A stretch of DNA of 64,000 nucleotides, from positions 500-64,499 of the forward strand of contig QBVV01000005.1 in assembly GCA_003284265.1 (NCBI GenBank), read 5' to 3'. Numbering within the stretch: the stretch's first letter is position 1; each line of letters opens with the position of its first letter. This document shows positions 22,383 through 32,559 of the stretch, piece by piece. Source of the stretch: SAR116 cluster bacterium AG-313-A07. Lineage in GTDB: Bacteria > Pseudomonadota > Alphaproteobacteria > Thalassobaculales > Thalassobaculaceae. The position numbers and the translations under genes are program-made. The notes beneath the pieces are model-generated. The model saw only the letters and a list, made by a program, of their open reading frames with translations, was not told the origin of the DNA and did no database searches.

Positions 22383-23326
22383 TAGTCTGTTAATTGTTTT
22401 GGTAGTTTGAAAATAACGTCTTCTCGAGTGATAGCAACTTCTTCTATTGCTACATTAAATTTTTCCGTACATGCCTCTAGGACTTCTTCAACAAGGACTT
22501 CGGGTGCTGAGGCGCCAGCAGTTATTCCAACTACTTTTTTGGTTGCGAGCCAAGTCCAGTCGATATCAGATGCGCGCTGAATCAATTTAGAGTCGAGGCA
22601 TCCATTCATTGCTGCAACTTCAACAAGTCTTTTTGAGTTAGATGAGTTTGGAGCCCCTATCACAAGGACCGCATCACACCCCTCAGAAATTATTTTAACA
22701 GCTTGTTGCCGATTAGTTGTCGCATAACAGATATCTTGTTTCGCAGGCCCTATCAATTTGGGAAATTGATTTTCAAGAGCTTCGATAATTAATTTGGTGT
22801 CATCCAGCGACAGTGTCGTTTGAGTGATATAGGCCAAGTCTTTATTTTTGGGAACTTTAAGATTAGGAATATCGTCTACTGTTTCCACTAAGGAGATAGC
22901 ACCCTCTGGTAACTGTCCCATTGTTCCAATCACTTCTGGGTGCCCCGCGTGTCCGATAAGTATGATATGTCTATCGCTGCGAAAATGTCGTTCTGCTGCC
23001 ACATGCACTTTGCTGACTAAAGGGCATGTGGCATCTAGATAAATTAAATTTCTTCGTTCTGCTTCTTCTGGTACAGATTTAGGTACTCCGTGAGCGGAAA
23101 ATATTACCGGAACGTCTGCAGGTACTTCCTCTAACTCGTCCACAAAAACTGCACCTTTTGCCTCAAGACTTTCGACAACGAACCGGTTATGTACAATTTC
23201 GTGCCTGACAAAAACAGGAGCCCCATATTTTTCAAGACATTTTTCGACAATTTGTATTGCACGATCAACTCCGGCACAGAAACCTCTGGGGGCAGCTAGA
23301 CGAACGGTAAGGTTATTTTCGGTCAT
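22382..23326 (-). CDS. ispH: 4-hydroxy-3-methylbut-2-enyl diphosphate reductase
   Basis: 314 aa containing [12 protein letters not shown] and conserved Cys/His contexts. ispH-thrB-rnhA is a common alphaproteobacterial arrangement. Confidence 0.95.
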   Translation of the reverse strand: MTENNLTVRLAAPRGFCAGVDRAIQIVEKCLEKYGAPVFVRHEIVHNRFVVESLEAKGAVFVDELEEVPADVPVIFSAHGVPKSVPEEAERRNLIYLDATCPLVSKVHVAAERHFRSDRHIILIGHAGHPEVIGTMGQLPEGAISLVETVDDIPNLKVPKNKDLAYITQTTLSLDDTKLIIEALENQFPKLIGPAKQDICYATTNRQQAVKIISEGCDAVLVIGAPNSSNSKRLVEVAAMNGCLDSKLIQRASDIDWTWLATKKVVGITAGASAPEVLVEEVLEACTEKFNVAIEEVAITREDVIFKLPKQLTD

Positions 23327-23462
23327 CTATGAACTTTTTCCTTAGTTAAAGCCAAGATCGATAATATAGAAAAAATAACTTCAATCATAGGTTAAGTAGG
23401 ATTGCGATGGTATGTCTATAGTTATAAACTTACTACCTCATTAATGGAAAACGATACACTTT

Positions 23463-23990
23463 ATGTTTAAAAATAAATTTTTAATCTATTTATCATCAAT
23501 GCTGTTCTTGGTCATTGTATCAGGCTGTTCTTCTAAGGTCACTGAAGACCGAATTTGTCCCACGGTTGCATTTGTTGACGGGTTGGAGCGGATGACCCTT
23601 TTTCGGGATACAAATAGCAGAGAAGCGTCGAACATCTTATTTATATCCCAATTTAGTAGTTTAAATACCAAATGTAGTTTTAGTGACGATGGGGCGGATC
23701 TCGAAACAAGTTTTTTAATAAAATCCAGTATGAGTGATATTAAAAAAGATACCGCTGTGGAAATTAACTATTTTGCTGCAGCAATAGCACCAGATGGGCG
23801 TGTATTAACTAAGGAAAACTTTGATTTGGAAATTCCTTTTTCACAAAAAAATACGCAAGTTACCCAAGAGCAAATTATAAATCCTTTCTTCCCTAAAAAA
23901 ACGAGCAATAACTTCTCAGGTTATAAATTATTAATAGGGTTTCAGTTAAATAAACGTCAGGCTGCCTTTAACCTTAGACATCGAAGATAA
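23463..23990 (+). CDS. Putative lipoprotein, function unknown
   Basis: 175 aa with a signal peptide and lipobox (LVIVSG-C). I recognise no other motif. Confidence 0.65.
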   Translation: MFKNKFLIYLSSMLFLVIVSGCSSKVTEDRICPTVAFVDGLERMTLFRDTNSREASNILFISQFSSLNTKCSFSDDGADLETSFLIKSSMSDIKKDTAVEINYFAAAIAPDGRVLTKENFDLEIPFSQKNTQVTQEQIINPFFPKKTSNNFSGYKLLIGFQLNKRQAAFNLRHRR

Positions 23991-23991
23991 T

Positions 23992-25542
23992 TCACCTGTG
24001 AAGGCGGGTTTTCATCGCTATGATATTGGGTATTGTTTCAATAATTTGGTCTACCCAATCACACAGCGCCGGCCGCGTTTCTTTTGGATCAATTAGATCG
24101 TGGATTGCGAGGGATTCTGCTCTAGGAACTGCCGAGTAGCGGTAGGCCATCGAAGCCTCTAATTCTAGTCTCCTTTGCTCAGGGTTTGAATGGTTCTCTA
24201 TCTCACGTCCAAAGGCGACGGCAACGCCCCCTTCAACAGGGACGGCGCCCATTTCTGCAGATGGCCATGCTAATACATAAGCATCAGGTCCATAATGTGC
24301 TACTGCAGCGACTCCAAATGATTTCCTCACAACGATAGAAGCCCACGGGACTTTGCAGTCAGCCGCTGTCATCACAAGATCAGTCCCATATCGAATTGTA
24401 GCGTCTTTTTCTGCTTCGGACCCTATCATGAACCCAGGTTCGTCTATAAAGGTAACAATCGGCAAATTAAAAGTTTCACAAGTTTTTATAAATCGCCTTA
24501 CTTTTTGGGAGCCATTGGCAGTCATTGAGCCCGCATAATATCGGCAATCATTTGCAAAAATACCAACAGCATGTCCATTCAGTCGCGCAAAGCAAGTTAT
24601 CTGGCCCTTCCCAAAATTTTTTGTTACTTCGAAGACAGAATCTTTATCAACTACTAATGAAATAATTTTCCGCATATCATATATTTTGCGCCTGTCCGCA
24701 GGTACTATTTGGGATAGGACATCCGCTTTTCTGCATGCTGGATCATCGCAATTTTCTTGAGTAGGGGCACACCAGGCATTCTGGGGCATATAAGACATAA
24801 ATTTTTCAATTTGTCCGAATGCGTCGTGCTCATTTTCAGCGATATTATCAACTACACCATTCCGGGTATGAATATGAGCTCCACCCATATCTTCTTTGGT
24901 TATATTTTCTTTTAGAGCTCGTTCCACCACCTTAGGCCCGGCAACAAGGACCTGGCTATTTTCTTTCGTCATAACTGAGAAGTGAGAAGCGACCAACCTA
25001 GCTGCAGGTAATCCTGCTACGGCACCCAAGGCAGCTGTGGCTACTGGGATCGACCACATCGTTCTAGCTACGGATCTAAACCGTGGTGCATTGAAAACGG
25101 GACTGCCAATAACTTTTGAAGTTGCTCCGCTACCCGTGACACTCCCACCTCCGCCTTGGTGAAGTCGTATTAGGGGAATTAAATGTTGGAGAGCTAAGTC
25201 CTCAGTGTAAATACTCTTGCGCAATCCAGCTTCATTTGGGGAACCTCCACGTACTGTAAAATCCTCACCGCCTATTATGCAGCGTTTTCCCTTAATTTTA
25301 CCAAACCCTAATATGAAGTTAGCAGGTGAAAAACTTTTTAGAGAGCCGTCTTCGTTTCGTTCTACTCCTCCGGACGTTGGACCAATCTCTCTGAATGAAC
25401 CCTCATCCAGCATCACCGATACGCGTTCTCGGATTGTTAAAAGTCCCTTTGCATGTTGCCGTTCTATATTTTCCAATCCACCTTGTTCTAGGGCGAGTCT
25501 GCGCTTGAGTAAAATTTCATCAATTTCTTCGTTCCAGGACAT
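23992..25542 (-). CDS. Acyl-CoA carboxylase carboxyltransferase (beta) subunit paralog, substrate unknown
   Basis: 516 aa. The carboxyl-transferase family pattern (QHAKGLLTIRERV, GGSxN, two CT domains) is clearly diverged from the 18569..20101 copy. Confidence 0.82.
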   Translation of the reverse strand: MSWNEEIDEILLKRRLALEQGGLENIERQHAKGLLTIRERVSVMLDEGSFREIGPTSGGVERNEDGSLKSFSPANFILGFGKIKGKRCIIGGEDFTVRGGSPNEAGLRKSIYTEDLALQHLIPLIRLHQGGGGSVTGSGATSKVIGSPVFNAPRFRSVARTMWSIPVATAALGAVAGLPAARLVASHFSVMTKENSQVLVAGPKVVERALKENITKEDMGGAHIHTRNGVVDNIAENEHDAFGQIEKFMSYMPQNAWCAPTQENCDDPACRKADVLSQIVPADRRKIYDMRKIISLVVDKDSVFEVTKNFGKGQITCFARLNGHAVGIFANDCRYYAGSMTANGSQKVRRFIKTCETFNLPIVTFIDEPGFMIGSEAEKDATIRYGTDLVMTAADCKVPWASIVVRKSFGVAAVAHYGPDAYVLAWPSAEMGAVPVEGGVAVAFGREIENHSNPEQRRLELEASMAYRYSAVPRAESLAIHDLIDPKETRPALCDWVDQIIETIPNIIAMKTRLHR

Positions 25543-25721
25543 GGAAAGCCTCTTTGTCTAGATATAATTATTTAGTCAGATTGTTTAAATCTTAACAAAT
25601 TTAAATTTTAAATACACCTGCCTAAAAAGGTAACTAACTTAATCGGTATTATTTTTTATTTGAAATCAACTCTTTCGCGATGCGCATTAAACCGCTAATC
25701 TCGTTAATGTAATCCGTTAAC

Positions 25722-25922
25722 CCTTGAGGAAGAGAGCGTTAGTCATACTCTATTGCAGACGCCGCCGAAGGAGCAACCGCCCCGGAATCTCTCAGGCAAA
25801 AGGACCTTAAGGTTAGGAGCCTCTGGAAAGTGGGCGCGCCGTATATTAGCCCCACCGAAGGTGAAAGCCACCCTATCTATATTGATAGGGGGTGAATCTC
25901 TCAGGTTTTCGACAGAGGGGGT
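25722..25922 (+). promoter_or_regulatory. Tandem glycine riboswitch (two aptamers) in the gcvT leader
   Basis: Aptamer 1 reads GGAAGAGAG...GCCGCCGAAGGAGCAACCGCCCCGGAATCTCTCAGGCAAAAGGACC. Aptamer 2 reads GGAGCCTCTGGAAAG...CCCACCGAAGGTGAAAGCCACCC...GAATCTCTCAGGTTTTCGACAGAGGGGG. Both carry the conserved ACCGAAGG and CTCTCAGG cores. The element sits directly upstream of gcvT. Confidence 0.85.
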
Positions 25923-25974
25923 AATCGCTTTCGTTTGCGCGAAAACGAAGACTCGTTATGTTTAGGGAGGGGCT

Positions 25975-27075
25975 ATGACTGAAGCACAACTCAAATTATC
26001 ACCTATTAATGATCTTCATTTAAAATATGAAGCGCGAATGGTGCCGTTCTCAGGCTACTCTATGCCCCTTCAATATAAGTTGGGCGTTAAGCAAGAACAT
26101 ATCCACACTAGAACAAAAGCTGGTTTATTCGATGTATCGCATATGGGGCAGATTTGTTTGAAAGGCGATGAAGTAAAAGATGAACTTGAAAATTTAGTCC
26201 CAAGTGACATCAAGTCGTTAAATGAGGGTGAGATGCGGTATACGCTTTTCCTTAATAAAGAAGGTGGGATCCTAGATGACCTAATTGTCACCAATGCGGG
26301 TGATCACCTTTTTGTTGTGGTGAATGCGGCATGCCGGCACAAAGACATAAAGTTTCTTCGAGACAACCTGCGATGCGACATAGAGGAGCTAGAGGACCGG
26401 GCTCTTATGGCTCTTCAAGGGCCTGTATCTGAGACTGTTTTGGAAATGCTTGCTCCAGGTGTTGCTGATTTGAAATTTATGTCATCGGGGGAGTTTTCTA
26501 TCTGCGGAGCAGAGTGTTTTATAACTCGTTCAGGCTATACTGGTGAAGATGGATTCGAAATATCTATGCCCTCGATGATGGCAGAAGAAATTGCTGAGAC
26601 TATCCTAAGTCACGAGGATACTGAATTAATTGGTTTAGGTGCGCGGGACTCACTGCGTCTAGAGGCCGGTTTGTGTCTCTATGGACAAGATATCAATGAA
26701 ATGACAACCCCGGTTGAGGCAAATTTGGGGTGGACTGTAGGGAAAAGAAGACGAAAAGAGGGGGGATTTCCAGGGTGTGAAAATATTATACGACAATTAA
26801 AAGATGGAGTATCTACTCGGCGTTATGGAGTGCGGCCCGATGGGCGTGCGCCTGCTAGAGCGGGCACTGAAATATTTGATTTAGAGGGTAACAAAGTTGG
26901 TGATATATCTAGTGGTGGATTTGGGCCAACGGTCGGTGCACCTATCGCAATGGCATATATAGATAGTCCTAGTATTGAGACAGGTTCAAAAGTCTCAGTC
27001 TTAGTAAGAGATAGTTTACTCCCAGCAACAATAACCAATTTACCGTTCATAACCCCAAACTACAAACGAACCTAA
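25975..27075 (+). CDS. gcvT: Glycine cleavage system aminomethyltransferase (T protein)
   Basis: 366 aa, GcvT-like throughout (PFSGYSMPLQY, AGLFDVSHMGQ). Follows the glycine riboswitch. Confidence 0.95.
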   Translation: MTEAQLKLSPINDLHLKYEARMVPFSGYSMPLQYKLGVKQEHIHTRTKAGLFDVSHMGQICLKGDEVKDELENLVPSDIKSLNEGEMRYTLFLNKEGGILDDLIVTNAGDHLFVVVNAACRHKDIKFLRDNLRCDIEELEDRALMALQGPVSETVLEMLAPGVADLKFMSSGEFSICGAECFITRSGYTGEDGFEISMPSMMAEEIAETILSHEDTELIGLGARDSLRLEAGLCLYGQDINEMTTPVEANLGWTVGKRRRKEGGFPGCENIIRQLKDGVSTRRYGVRPDGRAPARAGTEIFDLEGNKVGDISSGGFGPTVGAPIAMAYIDSPSIETGSKVSVLVRDSLLPATITNLPFITPNYKRT

Positions 27076-27096
27076 AAGATGTAGAAGGAGAAAGTG

Positions 27097-27474
27097 ATGG
27101 CCACGACTTATTATTCTGAAGAGCATGAATGGATTACTATAGAGGGAAATACTGGCACAGTAGGGATAACTGATTTTGCTCAGGAGCAGCTGGGTGATAT
27201 AGTTTTTGCGGAAGTGACCAAAACAAATGAAGAGGTCACTAAACATGAAGAGGTTGCGGTTGTTGAATCTGTAAAAGCCGCTAGTGATATTTTTTCACCC
27301 GTATCGGGTCTTATAAGTGAGGTAAACGTATTATTAGAGGATACCCCAGAAACCATAAATAGCGATCCGTTAGACAATGGCTGGATTTTTAAAATTACGA
27401 TAACCAACCCCGACGAATTAGATGATTTAATGGACTTAGATAGTTATAATAAGTTCGTAGAAAGTATTAAATAG
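27097..27474 (+). CDS. gcvH: Glycine cleavage system H protein
   Basis: Lipoyl-lysine motif VESVKAASD. The ATG at 27097 lies 6 nt after GAAGGAG. The track starts at a GTG at 27094. Confidence 0.95.
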   Translation: MATTYYSEEHEWITIEGNTGTVGITDFAQEQLGDIVFAEVTKTNEEVTKHEEVAVVESVKAASDIFSPVSGLISEVNVLLEDTPETINSDPLDNGWIFKITITNPDELDDLMDLDSYNKFVESIK

Positions 27475-27522
27475 TAATGATAATTCGTTTCTTGAGATAG
27501 TGATTAAATTGAGGAAGTCTGG

Positions 27523-30387
27523 ATGACTGATAGAGATACTGAGCGCGGAAGTAACGACGAATTTAGCGTGCGCCACATCGGACCAGCAGAAAAGCAGCAA
27601 AAAAAGATGCTTGATGCAATGGGATTAACCAGCCTCGACGCATTGATTAATAAAACAGTACCTCAAGCCATCCTTTTGGATAAACCTTTAGAACTTCCAG
27701 TCGCATTGAGTGAGACAAGCGCTCTATCTAAACTGAAGCATCATGCAAGTCGCATCAAGGTAACGAAGTCTTTAATTGGTATGGGCTACTATTCAACCCA
27801 TACACCAAGTGTAATTCTGCGTAATATTCTTGAAAACCCAGCCTGGTATACTGCCTATACGCCATATCAACCGGAGATTTCGCAAGGTAGATTAGAAGCA
27901 TTACTTAATTTTCAGACAATGGTTTGCGATTTAACTGGGATGGAGATAGCAAATGCATCGCTCTTGGATGAGGCTACTGCGGCGGCGGAAGCAATGGTTT
28001 TTTGCTCAAGAAACTCCAAGTCAAAAGGAGATGTTTTTTTCGTTTCAAGCAATTGCCATCCCCAGGTAATCGACGTGGTTCAGACGCGAGCAGAACCAAT
28101 CGGTATCCGAGTAGTAATCGGTGATGAAACCGAAGGGGTCGCTGATCAAGCTTTCGCTGTCTTGCTCCAATACCCAAATACTAACGGTGATATACCAGAT
28201 TATTCTGGCATCGTGGAAATGGCACATGCACAGGATACGATGGTCGTAGTTGCTACTGATCTCCTTGCACTAACTTTGTTAAAACCACCAGGAGAGTGGG
28301 GTGCCGATGTCGTGATAGGCTCGAGTCAACGTTTTGGCGTTCCTCTGGGTTTTGGGGGGCCACATGCCGCTTTTTTTGCAACTCGGGATAAGTATAAAAG
28401 GAATATTCCGGGTCGTATTGTTGGCGTTTCAGTGGACAGTGCTAATAATAAAGCCTACCGATTAGCGCTTCAGACAAGGGAGCAACATATCCGTCGTGAA
28501 AAGGCCACTAGCAATATATGCACTGCGCAGGTTCTATTGGCAATTATTGCCTCCATGTATGCCGTTTATCACGGCCCTCACGGTTTGAAAAGAATTGCGA
28601 AAAGAACCCATCACCTGACGGCGGTGTTGGCCGAAGGTCTGCGCGACCTGGGGTATGTAATAGAAACAGGAAATTTTTTTGATACAATTGTTGTGAAAAC
28701 TGATGACTGGACGGGATCAGTAATCGAAGCGGCCCGTGTGGAAGAAATAAACCTTAGAATATTTGATAATAGAGTTGGCATCGCACTTGATGAAACGAGT
28801 GATCAATATTTAGTAGAGCGCTTGTGGTCATTAATGGCATTCGACTCTATGAAACAAATCTCATTTGATGAGGTTGAAAAAAGGATAGGAAATGAAATTC
28901 CAGAAGCATTGATCCGCGTTTCTGGATACATGGAGCATCCAGTATTTAATGATTATCACTCAGAAACAGAAATGCTTCGATATATTCGGAAACTGTCGGA
29001 TAAAGATATTGCGCTGGATCGTTCGATGATACCACTGGGTTCCTGCACAATGAAACTCAATGCTACTACCGAAATGCTTCCAATAACCTGGCCTGAATTT
29101 AGTCAAATACACCCATTTGTTCCAAAAGACCAGGTGGAAGGGTATGCGGAAATGATTGTTGAACTAGAGCAGATGTTATGCAATTGCACTGGTTATGCGG
29201 CCATATCTCTACAACCGAATGCTGGTTCTCAAGGTGAATATGCTGGGCTTCTTGCAATTCGCGCGTATCATCGAAGCAGGTCGGAAGCACACAGAGATAT
29301 TTGTCTAATACCAAGTTCGGCGCATGGAACAAACCCTGCTTCAGCATCTATGTGTGGGATGCAAGTAGTTGTGGTTAAATGTGATGATAACGGTAACGTT
29401 GATTTAGAAGATTTAAGACATAAGGCAGAGAAGTACTCGGATACTTTAGCAGCGTTAATGGTCACATATCCCTCAACGCATGGGGTCTTTGAAGAGGGGA
29501 TATTAGATATTTGCGCCATCATTCATGAACATGGTGGTCAAGTATACGTTGATGGAGCCAATTTAAATGCACTCGTTGGATTATGCGCGCCTGGAGACTT
29601 CGGTGCTGATGTCAGTCATTTAAATTTACATAAAACATTTTGCATTCCGCATGGTGGCGGTGGACCTGGAATGGGGCCCATTGGGGTGGCTGCTCATCTA
29701 GCTCCTTTTTTGCCAGGACACAGATTTGGTATAACTCAGGATGAGTCTATTGGTCCAGTAAGTGCGGCACCCTGGGGAAGTGCAGGGATTTTACCAATCT
29801 CATGGATGTATATACAGATGATGGGTGCTAGTGGAATGCGTAAAGCTAGTGAAATTGCTATTCTGAATGCAAACTATATAGCTGCGTCCCTAAGCAAATA
29901 TTACCCAGTATTGTATAAGGGAGAAAACGGTTTTGTAGCACACGAATGTATAATTGATCTAAGAAAGATAAAAGAAACTACCGGGGTAGATGTAGAAGAC
30001 GTAGCCAAAAGATTAATAGATTATGGTTTTCATGCACCAACTATGTCTTTCCCTGTTGCAGGTACTTTGATGATAGAGCCAACGGAAAGTGAATCGAAAA
30101 TTGAAATAGATAGATTCATAGATGCTATGGTGTCAATTAGGGAAGAGATAAATGCTATAGAACGGGGAGAGTTAACTCGTGATGAAAGCCCTTTGGCAAA
30201 TGCGCCTCACACAGCAGATGTGTTAGCTTCTGAGAATTGGGATTACAAATATACTCGCCGACAAGCAGTGTTCCCATCGAGCGATCTTAAGCAAGGTAAA
30301 TATTGGCCACCGGTCGGTCGTATTGACAATGTTTATGGTGACCGCAACTTAGTATGCTCCTGTCCACCGATGGATGCGTATGAGTAA
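27523..30387 (+). CDS. gcvP: Glycine dehydrogenase (decarboxylating), single-chain P protein
   Basis: 954 aa with the PLP-lysine context [18 protein letters not shown]. Confidence 0.97.
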   Translation: MTDRDTERGSNDEFSVRHIGPAEKQQKKMLDAMGLTSLDALINKTVPQAILLDKPLELPVALSETSALSKLKHHASRIKVTKSLIGMGYYSTHTPSVILRNILENPAWYTAYTPYQPEISQGRLEALLNFQTMVCDLTGMEIANASLLDEATAAAEAMVFCSRNSKSKGDVFFVSSNCHPQVIDVVQTRAEPIGIRVVIGDETEGVADQAFAVLLQYPNTNGDIPDYSGIVEMAHAQDTMVVVATDLLALTLLKPPGEWGADVVIGSSQRFGVPLGFGGPHAAFFATRDKYKRNIPGRIVGVSVDSANNKAYRLALQTREQHIRREKATSNICTAQVLLAIIASMYAVYHGPHGLKRIAKRTHHLTAVLAEGLRDLGYVIETGNFFDTIVVKTDDWTGSVIEAARVEEINLRIFDNRVGIALDETSDQYLVERLWSLMAFDSMKQISFDEVEKRIGNEIPEALIRVSGYMEHPVFNDYHSETEMLRYIRKLSDKDIALDRSMIPLGSCTMKLNATTEMLPITWPEFSQIHPFVPKDQVEGYAEMIVELEQMLCNCTGYAAISLQPNAGSQGEYAGLLAIRAYHRSRSEAHRDICLIPSSAHGTNPASASMCGMQVVVVKCDDNGNVDLEDLRHKAEKYSDTLAALMVTYPSTHGVFEEGILDICAIIHEHGGQVYVDGANLNALVGLCAPGDFGADVSHLNLHKTFCIPHGGGGPGMGPIGVAAHLAPFLPGHRFGITQDESIGPVSAAPWGSAGILPISWMYIQMMGASGMRKASEIAILNANYIAASLSKYYPVLYKGENGFVAHECIIDLRKIKETTGVDVEDVAKRLIDYGFHAPTMSFPVAGTLMIEPTESESKIEIDRFIDAMVSIREEINAIERGELTRDESPLANAPHTADVLASENWDYKYTRRQAVFPSSDLKQGKYWPPVGRIDNVYGDRNLVCSCPPMDAYE

Positions 30388-30427
30388 TTTTGGCGGATAA
30401 AAATGTTGCAAGGTTGAGGAAATTTAT

Positions 30428-31981
30428 ATGTCTGAACTTGAAACAAGAAATAAAAATAAACGTCGGTCTCGAGGTGGTAGTGGTGCTCGGAGAGCCATGA
30501 GGGGAAAGCAGCAGGTCAGGCAATTTCCCTATATTTCCAGAAAAGTCCCAATTTATGACGTTCTAAGCCAAGAAGGCTTGGAGATTATAGAATACAATGC
30601 GGATACTATATTAGAAGAGATTGGTATTGAATTCCGGGAGGATGAAGAAGCGCTTACATTGTGGAAAGATGCAGGGGCAGACATCAAAGGCACACGCGTA
30701 AGAATGCCGCGTGGCCTGGCAAGAGAGTTAGCTAAAACAGCGCCGCCAACATTCACACAAGTTGCCAGAAACCCGGATCGCTCTGTTCAAATTGGTGGAA
30801 ATAATACAGTTTTTGCTCCTGTTTATGGACCACCGTTTGTTCGTGATTTAGATGGTGGGCGTCGCTATGCAACAATGAAAGATTTTGAAAATTTTGTTAA
30901 AATGGCATATCTTTCGCCCTCTATGCATCACTCAGGTGGGACCGTTTGTGAGCCAGTAGACCTTCCCGTGAATAAACGACACCTTGAGATGATTTATGCA
31001 CATATCAAATATAGTGATAAGCCATTCATGGGGTCTGTAACCGCTCCAGAGAGAGCCAATGATACAATAGAAATAGCCCGGTTGCTTTTTGGAAAAGAAT
31101 TTTTAGAGACAAATACCGTTGTAACCAGTCTTATTAACGCCAATTCTCCTATGACTTGGGATGGGACGATGTTGGGTGCTTTGAAGGCATACTCTCGCGC
31201 CAATCAGGCCGTTATGACCTCACCCTTTATTTTGGCGGGTGCTATGTCGCCTGTGACAGTCGCGGGTACGTTAACACAGACACTTGCGGAAGCACTTGCT
31301 GGGATTGCATTCTCCCAATTATGCCGTAAAGGGGCGCCAGTGATATTTGGAAGTTTTGCTAGTTCCATGTCGATGCAATCTGGTGCACCCACTTTTGGTA
31401 CTCCTGAACCGGCATTAGTGTTATATGGATGTGCGCAGTTAGCGCGCCGTCTTAATGTTCCGTTCAGATCAGGTGGATCTTTATGTGGTTCAAAGGTCCC
31501 TGATGCCCAAGCAGCTTCTGAGTCAGGAAATACACTTTTCCCGACCTTAATGGCAGGAGTGAACTTCGTACTTCATGCAGCTGGCTGGTTAGAGGGAGGG
31601 TTGGTATCTTCATATGAAAAATTTCTGATGGATACAGATCAACTAGCAATGATGCAAACCATGATGAATGGAATAGATCTATCGGAAAATGGGCAGGCGA
31701 TGGATGCCATCCGGGATGTAGGTCCTGGTGCTCACTTTCTTGGCTGTGACCATACACAGGCTAATTTTGAGACAGCCTTTTTTAGATCCTCAATCGCTGA
31801 TAACTCTACGTTTGAGCAGTGGGAGGCAGAGGGGAGCTTAAACGCGGAAGCTCGTGCGGCGGATAAAGTAAAAAAAATGCTCAACGAATATGAAGCGCCG
31901 AGTATTGATCCAGGTGTGGACGAGTCTATTAGAGAATTTATTGATAGAAAAAAAGCCAGTTTTCCTGATTCTAACGTTTAA
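30428..31981 (+). CDS. Trimethylamine methyltransferase (MttB) superfamily protein, non-pyrrolysine type; substrate unknown
   Basis: 517 aa with no in-frame TAG. It has a basic N-terminus (RRSRGGSGARRAMRG) and an MttB-like core (INANSPMTWDG...SPFILAGAMSPVT...GAPTFGTPE...FVLHAAGWLEGGL). It lies 40 nt downstream of gcvP on the same strand. Confidence 0.8.
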   Translation: MSELETRNKNKRRSRGGSGARRAMRGKQQVRQFPYISRKVPIYDVLSQEGLEIIEYNADTILEEIGIEFREDEEALTLWKDAGADIKGTRVRMPRGLARELAKTAPPTFTQVARNPDRSVQIGGNNTVFAPVYGPPFVRDLDGGRRYATMKDFENFVKMAYLSPSMHHSGGTVCEPVDLPVNKRHLEMIYAHIKYSDKPFMGSVTAPERANDTIEIARLLFGKEFLETNTVVTSLINANSPMTWDGTMLGALKAYSRANQAVMTSPFILAGAMSPVTVAGTLTQTLAEALAGIAFSQLCRKGAPVIFGSFASSMSMQSGAPTFGTPEPALVLYGCAQLARRLNVPFRSGGSLCGSKVPDAQAASESGNTLFPTLMAGVNFVLHAAGWLEGGLVSSYEKFLMDTDQLAMMQTMMNGIDLSENGQAMDAIRDVGPGAHFLGCDHTQANFETAFFRSSIADNSTFEQWEAEGSLNAEARAADKVKKMLNEYEAPSIDPGVDESIREFIDRKKASFPDSNV

Positions 31982-32017
31982 GCCTAAATACCATACTAAT
32001 TTTATTATAGGCAATTA

Positions 32018-32521
32018 TTATAAAATTTCATGAGTATATAAATTATACTCAACCCCATAAAGACGTTGGAATTTGGATCTTCTTTGAAAGCCATAATCCA
32101 AGAATAGCGCTATTGCTTCCGTCATTAGAGAGCTTATGGATGCACAAAATTGGGCCGATTTATCTGATTTGGCGAGCTCGCTACAAGCTTTTAGTATCGC
32201 ACTTGCTATTCCGTTTCTTCTTTCATCTGGAATAACGGAGAGGGCTGCTATGTAGCTAGAATCGGAGGGGAAAAATGAATTATTTTGAGAGGAAGGTGGA
32301 TAATATACAGCTGACCCGACAATACATTGGGAACTAGAAGCTATTAATAACTCTCCGCCGTTTTTTAGATTTGTGGTTTCGATAACCCAATTTTCCATAA
32401 CTGGCCATAAACCCGGGGCGATTTGATTCTGAAATTGCTGATAACATTGTGCCGCTATTGTTGCCGCCACCTCGTACTCTTCAAGATAGGCATGACGAAC
32501 AATTGGTTGATTAACCCTCAT
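32018..32521 (-). CDS. GNAT-family N-acetyltransferase
   Basis: 167 aa with the acetyl-CoA motif RRNGIASAIL. It lies 38 nt downstream of soxG on the same strand. Confidence 0.75.
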   Translation of the reverse strand: MRVNQPIVRHAYLEEYEVAATIAAQCYQQFQNQIAPGLWPVMENWVIETTNLKNGGELLIASSSQCIVGSAVYYPPSSQNNSFFPSDSSYIAALSVIPDERRNGIASAILKACSELAKSDKSAQFCASISSLMTEAIALFLDYGFQRRSKFQRLYGVEYNLYTHEIL

Positions 32522-32559
32522 TGCTTTTTTTTCTTAAATCAATACTTATTTCAACAGTC

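Noticed and set aside
25753-25965. 70-aa plus-strand ORF upstream of gcvT
   Set aside because: It lies entirely inside the tandem glycine riboswitch, whose conserved aptamer cores are readable. It has no SD sequence, and its odd composition (RNA-structure driven) argues against a gene.
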